Source of the DNA: Bacillota bacterium | GTDB lineage: Bacteria > Bacillota > Clostridia > Saccharofermentanales > DTU023 | Assembly (NCBI GenBank): GCA_023622515.1 | Contig: JAMNZB010000029.1 | Span: 13,789-77,788 of the forward strand | Length of the DNA: 64,000 nt | Reading direction: 5' to 3' | Part shown: positions 58,343-64,000 of the stretch, piece after piece | Numbering within the stretch: position 1 is the first letter of the stretch | Layout of the letters: each line of letters opens with the position of its first letter | Translations under genes and position numbers: made by a program | Notes under the pieces: model-generated | What the model was told of the DNA's origin: nothing | What the model saw: the letters and a program-made list of their open reading frames with translations, nothing else | Databases searched by the model: none

Positions 58343-60184
58343 ATGACAGAAGCAAAGAAGCTAAGAAATATTGCCATTATTGCTCATGTTGACCACGGGA
58401 AAACAACCCTGGTTGATGCCCTGTTAAAGGAAAGCGGCTTTTTTCGTGCCGGAGAACTCCAAGGAACTCAGGTTATGGACTCCAACGCTATCGAACGGGA
58501 GCGCGGAATCACTATCTTGGCAAAGAACACGGCCATTTCCTATCAGGATGCCCGGATTAACATCGTGGACACTCCGGGCCATGCTGACTTTGGTGGTGAG
58601 GTGGAACGCGTCCTAAAGATGGTTGATGGTGTTCTTTTGCTGGTTGATGCCTACGATGGGCCTATGCCGCAAACCCGTTTTGTGCTCTCTAAAGCACTTG
58701 AAATGAAATTAAGAACAATTGTTGTTATTAATAAAATAGATAGGCCAAATGCCAGAGCCGCAGAAGTCCTTGATATGGTTTACGAGCTATATTTTGATCT
58801 CGGAGCTGACGATGAGCAGATTGACTTTCCCGTACTCTTTGCTTCCGCAAAATATGCTGCCGCCTTCTATGAACTTCCTGAGGAATTGACAGAAGAGCTG
58901 TTACAAGAGGCTAGTGTTAAACCGATTTTAGATACAATTATTGAGCGAATTGCTGAAGCGAGAGGGGAAGACGAAGCAGCAGTACAGGTGTTGGTCTCAA
59001 ATATTGACTATGATAATTATTTGGGCCGCCTTGCTATCGGAAAAATAGAGCGGGGAACCCTAAGACAAGCAGAACCCCTTGCTGTAATAAAGGCTGACGG
59101 CAGTCCCACAAAAATAGCTAGAATTAATAATCTATATGTTTTCGACGGGCTTTCGCGAAAAGAGATAAAGGAAGCAAAAAGTGGTGAGATTGTCTGCCTA
59201 TCAGGCATTGAGGAAGTAAATATAGGAGACACATTAACCGATCCGGAAGTGCAAGAGCCCCTGGAATTTGTTTCCATTGAAGAACCAACGATTGCCATGC
59301 TCTTTCAAGTCAACGATAGTCCTCTTGCCGGCAAAGAGGGGAAGTATCTAACCTCTCGCCACATTAAGGAGCGGTTGGAGCGGGAGATACTCCGAAATGT
59401 GGCCATGCGTTTTGAAGAAACAGATAGTCCCGATCGCTTTATTGTTAAAGGGAGAGGCGAACTTCATATCTCTATTTTAATTGAGAATATGCGGCGTGAA
59501 GGCTATGAATTTCAAGTTTCACGACCCTATGCACTAACCAGGCTGATTGATGGTGTCTTGATGGAACCGGAAGAACTTCTGCAAGTTCAAGTTAGTGAGG
59601 AGTATCAAGGAATAGTTATTGAAAAACTGGGGAAGCGTAAAGCAGAATTAATAAGTATGGAGCCGCCTTTTCGGGGTAATGTGAAAATGGAGTTTCGCAT
59701 TCCCTCAAGCCAATTGATTGGCTATCGTTCTCAATTTATGAATGATACAAGGGGTAATGGTATGCTTTCCGGCATCCTTGCCGGCTATGTTCCCAGTGTA
59801 GGGCAAGGTGTCGGCAGAGGACATGGGGTCCTGCTTGCCCATTCAGCAGGTGAAGCCGTAACCTATGGCCTCCATAATGCCCAAGAGCGAGGCAGTTTGT
59901 TTATTTCTCCGGGAACAGAAGTCTACGAGGGAATGATTGTTGGTACGACAATGCAAGCAGAAGATGTTATCGTTAATGTTTGCAGGAGAAAGCAATTGAC
60001 GAATATTCGCGCAGCCGGTTCAGATGATGCCTTAAGACTGTCGCCTCCGATTCAAATGAGCCTTGAGCAATGTTTGGAATTTATTGATGATGATGAAATG
60101 ATTGAGGTTACGCCCGGAAGTATCCGGATGAGAAAAAGAATCCTCGACAGCAAGATGCGACTCAGGGCAGCTTCAAAAACATAA
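58343..60184 (+). CDS. typA: translational GTPase TypA/BipA
   Basis: [33 protein letters not shown] and NKIDR motifs, with an EF-G-like domain order. Confidence 0.94.
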   Translation: MTEAKKLRNIAIIAHVDHGKTTLVDALLKESGFFRAGELQGTQVMDSNAIERERGITILAKNTAISYQDARINIVDTPGHADFGGEVERVLKMVDGVLLLVDAYDGPMPQTRFVLSKALEMKLRTIVVINKIDRPNARAAEVLDMVYELYFDLGADDEQIDFPVLFASAKYAAAFYELPEELTEELLQEASVKPILDTIIERIAEARGEDEAAVQVLVSNIDYDNYLGRLAIGKIERGTLRQAEPLAVIKADGSPTKIARINNLYVFDGLSRKEIKEAKSGEIVCLSGIEEVNIGDTLTDPEVQEPLEFVSIEEPTIAMLFQVNDSPLAGKEGKYLTSRHIKERLEREILRNVAMRFEETDSPDRFIVKGRGELHISILIENMRREGYEFQVSRPYALTRLIDGVLMEPEELLQVQVSEEYQGIVIEKLGKRKAELISMEPPFRGNVKMEFRIPSSQLIGYRSQFMNDTRGNGMLSGILAGYVPSVGQGVGRGHGVLLAHSAGEAVTYGLHNAQERGSLFISPGTEVYEGMIVGTTMQAEDVIVNVCRRKQLTNIRAAGSDDALRLSPPIQMSLEQCLEFIDDDEMIEVTPGSIRMRKRILDSKMRLRAASKT

Positions 60185-60256
60185 ATATATAGTATAATCA
60201 GGTAGGGAGTGGGCAAAAAGAAACATACCGCTTGAGAAAGAGAGGCAGGATTCATT

Positions 60257-61414
60257 TTGACTTCTAAATTTTCTAAAGTTCTGTTAGCTGTTATTTTTAT
60301 TGCAGCCTTGCTGTTATTTACGCTTGCGGCTTTCTTTTTCGGCTACCGCTATGTTCGCTCGCAAGATGAGATTTTCAACCGGATGCATAGCTTATCAGAA
60401 GAATACGGGGGCAATTTAATTAATGAAGAAACACCGGGGGCAGTCTCTATTTTTATTCCTCGTTCTTCGGACATGGATGACATATCCCTGATTTTGAAAG
60501 AACAAGGTTTTATCGGCAATACTATATTATTTAAGCTAATCTCAAAGTTTAACGGCTTTGATGGCCGTTACCAGGCGGGTACCCATTACCTCATGCACGG
60601 CATGAGCTATGACGAAATAATGTTTACCTTAACCAGGCAGCCCAAACCCCTATCCATTACCTTTGTTGAGGGTGAGAGTTATTTGGAAATGCGTCAAAAA
60701 ATGCTGGATAGCGGGCTAAATATAGATGTTAACCGCCTGGATAATCTTGTCCGTCATCCCAATGCCTTCCTGGATTATGAATTTGTACGCAATATCACTA
60801 ATGATGAGAGCCGGGAATGGCTTTTGCAAGGTTATTTGTGGCCTGATACCTATTGGTTTGATCCGAACCTTGATGAAGCGAGCATCATTCGTATGTTTCT
60901 CGACAATACGGAGCGCAAGCTTGATGAAGGTGGTTATGCGGAAAAAGCAAAAAGCATGGGCATGACTATTGATGAAGTAATGAATATGGCCTCGATTGTT
61001 CAGAAAGAGGGTAATATTGAAGAAATGAGCAAAATAGGTCGAGTCTTCCTCAACCGTTATTCAATAGGGATGCCGATGGAATCTTGTGCGACAATCAACT
61101 ATTTGCGCATGGATGAGGGCTTGGAACCCTTACCCTGGGCCTTGCATTCCGACTTGGAGAAGTATGCAACAAATGCCTATAACACCTATGCTTTTCCCGG
61201 TTTGCCTCCCGGTCCCATAAACAATCCCGGTACCTTAGCTATTGAGGGCGTATTATGGCCGGCCAACGAAGATAGCTGGGCGGGCGCATCACAATACTTG
61301 TATTTTTGCGCCACCGGTGAGGGACATAACGTCTTTGCAACCAGCCTTGAGGAACACCAGGCAAACGTTAACTACTATAGTTCGCAGTGGTACGGAACAA
61401 GCACTGACGAGTAA
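60257..61414 (+). CDS. mltG: endolytic murein transglycosylase MltG (YceG-like)
   Basis: N-terminal TM anchor, EGYLWPDTY, ASIVQKE, and YNTYAFPGLPPGPINNPG motifs. Confidence 0.9.
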   Translation: MTSKFSKVLLAVIFIAALLLFTLAAFFFGYRYVRSQDEIFNRMHSLSEEYGGNLINEETPGAVSIFIPRSSDMDDISLILKEQGFIGNTILFKLISKFNGFDGRYQAGTHYLMHGMSYDEIMFTLTRQPKPLSITFVEGESYLEMRQKMLDSGLNIDVNRLDNLVRHPNAFLDYEFVRNITNDESREWLLQGYLWPDTYWFDPNLDEASIIRMFLDNTERKLDEGGYAEKAKSMGMTIDEVMNMASIVQKEGNIEEMSKIGRVFLNRYSIGMPMESCATINYLRMDEGLEPLPWALHSDLEKYATNAYNTYAFPGLPPGPINNPGTLAIEGVLWPANEDSWAGASQYLYFCATGEGHNVFATSLEEHQANVNYYSSQWYGTSTDE

Positions 61415-61461
61415 AAGCTTTTATCGGCCCTTATGCCGCTTTTCCGGGATTGGCTATGATC

Positions 61462-61926
61462 CTATAGAAAATCTACCAGGAAAAGCGCTAAAACAATACA
61501 AGGAGATAGGGGGAAGACAAGCTTGCTAAGTCTTTCCCCTTTTTCTTTGCCTTTTTGCAGTTTCCACAATAGTAATACTATTAGAGCAAAAAGCAGGGCA
61601 AACAAGGACATGAAAAATAAGAGTCTGAAAAAGTCGTAGAGGCTAAGGATTGGAGAAAAAGAGGCTAATAGCAGCAGGTCGCCTGTCCCTATCAAGCAAG
61701 ATGATTTTTTATATTCAATAAAACTTATTAACAGCAGAAAAGAAAGAAGAGCCAGGCCAAGGGATAGGGAGGTGATAAGCCGCATCCTGTTCCGAATATA
61801 GAAAAAGGCATATAAGCTGCACAAGGAAAAAGATAGTAATAGGCACCAGCGACTGATTAATAGGGTCTTGCAGTCCATAACGGCAATATAGATGAGTAAT
61901 AGATATAGGAACAATTTTATAATCAT
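61462..61926 (-). CDS. A24-family prepilin peptidase-like membrane protein
   Basis: 154-aa polytopic protein with a first Asp in AVMDCKT and a second in GTGDLLLL (GxGD-like). Confidence 0.6.
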   Translation of the reverse strand: MIIKLFLYLLLIYIAVMDCKTLLISRWCLLLSFSLCSLYAFFYIRNRMRLITSLSLGLALLSFLLLISFIEYKKSSCLIGTGDLLLLASFSPILSLYDFFRLLFFMSLFALLFALIVLLLWKLQKGKEKGERLSKLVFPLSPCIVLALFLVDFL

Positions 61927-62019
61927 GACCCCTCCTTACTCTTACAATTATGAAGATTGGCCGGATTCGACACGCGGGCTATTTCTAGCAAAACTCGACA
62001 ACAGCTCCTGAAGGTCTCG

Positions 62020-62049
62020 TTGACCATTGCCTTGACTCTTCGCTATAAT
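62020..62049 (+). promoter_or_regulatory. sigma-A type promoter for glgP (TTGACC, 18 bp spacer, TATAAT)
   Basis: Read directly. The -35 is 62020-62025 and the -10 is 62044-62049. Confidence 0.5.
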
Positions 62050-62088
62050 GGGCTGTGCAGAAAAGAAGAGAAAGAGTATGAGTGAGAA

Positions 62089-64000
62089 ATGACGGATAAA
62101 ATGAAGATAGAGGATGTTGAAAAGGCTATAAATGCCCATTTACGGTCCAATTTTGCCTTAAGCTTAAAAGAGGCTAAAGAGCATGAACTGTGGTATGCCA
62201 TGGCCAAAACACTCATGGAGTATATGACCCCTTATAAAGAACGGCGGGGAGACGGGTCAAGTGTAAGGCAAGCGCATTATTTTTCTGCAGAATTTCTTAT
62301 CGGGAGAAGTTTTCTGAATAATGCCCTTAATTTAGGCCTGTATGATGTGTTTTCCCGGATAGCGGAAAAGTGGGGTTTTTCTTTGCCGGGAATACTGGAG
62401 GAAGAGCTTGATCCGGCTTTGGGAAACGGTGGTTTGGGCCGGCTTGCTGCTTGTTTTTTAGATTCAGCAGCCAATGAAAGGCTGCCTTTAAGCGGCCACG
62501 GAATACTATACCGCTACGGCCTCTTTAAACAGGTTTTAGAAGACGGTTTCCAGCAGGAACATCCGGATGCCTGGCGGGCAACGGCCTATCCCTTTGCGAT
62601 TCGTAGGGAAGAGGAGGCCTGTCTTGTCCACTATAGAGATTTTTCTGTGCGGGCAATACCTTATGAAATTCCCATCTTGGGCTATAGGAACGACTATGTA
62701 AATATTCTCCAGCTTTGGCATGCGGAAGCTATAGAGCCCTTTGACTTTTCTCTCTTTAACAGCCAGCAGTTTGCCGCTGCCGTTGCGGAGCAAAATAAAG
62801 TCGAGGATATTTGTCGGGTTTTATATCCCAATGATAGTTCAAGAGAGGGCAGGCTCCTACGCTTGCGCCAACAATATTTCTTTGTCTCGGCTTCTTTGCA
62901 AAACATCATTCGCCAATACAAAGAGCGCCGGGGCAGTAATTTTTCAGCCTTCTCAAATGAACATGTATTTCAACTAAATGATACCCACCCTGTTCTCGCT
63001 GTTCCTGAATTTATTCGCCTCTTGATGGAAGAAGCTTTGAGTTTTGAAGAGGCTTGGGAAATAACCCGGCGTGTCTTTGCTTATACAAACCATACAACGC
63101 TGCAAGAGGCACTTGAAAGATGGGATGTTAGCTATTTTGAAGAATTATTTCCGGCCATTTTTGACATTATCAAACGCATTGATACAGAATTCCGGAAAAC
63201 GGCTCAGCTGGCCTCCCTTCCCGAAGAGGCCATCAACCGAATTGCTCCTCTTCGCCAAAAAGAAGTTCAAATGGCTTCTATTGCTTGTTTTTCTTCCTTT
63301 AAAATTAACGGTGTGGCAAAGATTCACAGCGAAATCCTTAAAGAGAAAACCTTACAAGAGTTTTACAGCTTAAGCCCGGAAAAATTTACGAATAAAACAA
63401 ATGGAGTGACCCCCCGGCGTTGGTTGCACCATAGTAATCCGAGACTGGGGAATTTACTAACGGAATTATTAGGCTCAAAGGCCTGGATAGGAAATCTTGA
63501 CCTCCTTGCCGAGCTTGAAAAGTATCAGGACGATCCCCGGCTTATGGAGGAGCTGAGAAAGATTAAGGGGGAAAACAAAAAAGATTTGGCAGCCTATCTT
63601 AAGCGCGAAAGGAATATTTCTTTAGATCCCAATGCCTTATTAGATGTGCAAGTCAAGCGTTTGCATGAGTATAAAAGGCAGCTGCTCAACGCTTTTGAAA
63701 TTTTAGACCGCTATTATCGGATTAAAGAAGGCGCCGTAGTAAGTGAAACACCCGTTGTGTATCTTTTTGGGGCAAAGGCGGCTTCTTCTTATTACAGGGC
63801 CAAAGGCATTATCAAGTTTATTAATGATATAGCAAAAGTAATCAACAAGGATTCTCAGGCCTCTAAACTTATGCAAGTGCATTTTATCCCTAATTATAAT
63901 GTGTCCCTGGCGGAGAAAATATTCCCTGCTGCTGATTTATCGGAACAAATTTCCACTGTGGGCAAGGAAGCCTCGGGAACTGGTAATATGAAGTTTATGA
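62089..64000 (+). CDS. glgP: glycogen/maltodextrin phosphorylase (GT35), 3-prime truncated by the window edge
   Basis: My own translation from ATG 62089 stays open to the window end (MTDKMKIEDVEKAINAHLRSNF...). It contains EELDPALGNGGLGRLAACFLDS, TNHTTLQEALE, TNGVTPRRW and EASGTGNMKFM. It is absent from the ORF track because no stop codon is reached. Confidence 0.92.
   Translation, partial: MTDKMKIEDVEKAINAHLRSNFALSLKEAKEHELWYAMAKTLMEYMTPYKERRGDGSSVRQAHYFSAEFLIGRSFLNNALNLGLYDVFSRIAEKWGFSLPGILEEELDPALGNGGLGRLAACFLDSAANERLPLSGHGILYRYGLFKQVLEDGFQQEHPDAWRATAYPFAIRREEEACLVHYRDFSVRAIPYEIPILGYRNDYVNILQLWHAEAIEPFDFSLFNSQQFAAAVAEQNKVEDICRVLYPNDSSREGRLLRLRQQYFFVSASLQNIIRQYKERRGSNFSAFSNEHVFQLNDTHPVLAVPEFIRLLMEEALSFEEAWEITRRVFAYTNHTTLQEALERWDVSYFEELFPAIFDIIKRIDTEFRKTAQLASLPEEAINRIAPLRQKEVQMASIACFSSFKINGVAKIHSEILKEKTLQEFYSLSPEKFTNKTNGVTPRRWLHHSNPRLGNLLTELLGSKAWIGNLDLLAELEKYQDDPRLMEELRKIKGENKKDLAAYLKRERNISLDPNALLDVQVKRLHEYKRQLLNAFEILDRYYRIKEGAVVSETPVVYLFGAKAASSYYRAKGIIKFINDIAKVINKDSQASKLMQVHFIPNYNVSLAEKIFPAADLSEQISTVGKEASGTGNMKFM

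Overview
This window looks like chromosomal core from a Firmicutes/Clostridia-type genome. It is densely packed, mostly on the + strand, and dominated by housekeeping genes. Two blocks share gene order with Bacillus subtilis. The first is rpsB-tsf-pyrH-frr-uppS-cdsA-dxr-rseP-ispG-polC. The second is priA-def-fmt-(Zn peptidase)-rsmB-rlmN-PP2C phosphatase-PASTA kinase-rsgA-rpe-thiamine diphosphokinase. Also present are scpA-scpB-cmk-plsC-ispH/S1 fusion, tyrS, tmcAL, pta-ackA, proS, rpmF, der, typA, mltG and a 3-prime-truncated glycogen phosphorylase. The phosphorylase runs off the window end and is therefore missing from the ORF track. I saw no tRNA, rRNA, cas genes or recognisable defence genes. 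Accessory or unusual content is limited to six items. (1) At 4.1-12.2 kb there is a divergent NarL-type regulator, a translationally coupled pair made of a 7-TM histidine-less pseudo-kinase and a 5-TM HisKA_3 kinase, a perfect 28-bp direct repeat pair, and an LPSTG-anchored adhesin-like protein. (2) A 1.5-kb IS with two-block inverted repeats sits in the terminator of the ispH-S1 gene. (3) dxr is split into two ORFs by an internal loss of about a dozen codons plus a frameshift. (4) PolC keeps a proofreading-domain-sized insert that lacks all the DEDDh exonuclease motifs I can look for by eye. (5) tyrS and proS have no T-box leaders. (6) There are several unassigned proteins. All calls rest on reading motifs in the supplied translations and the DNA. 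No database search or computation was run.
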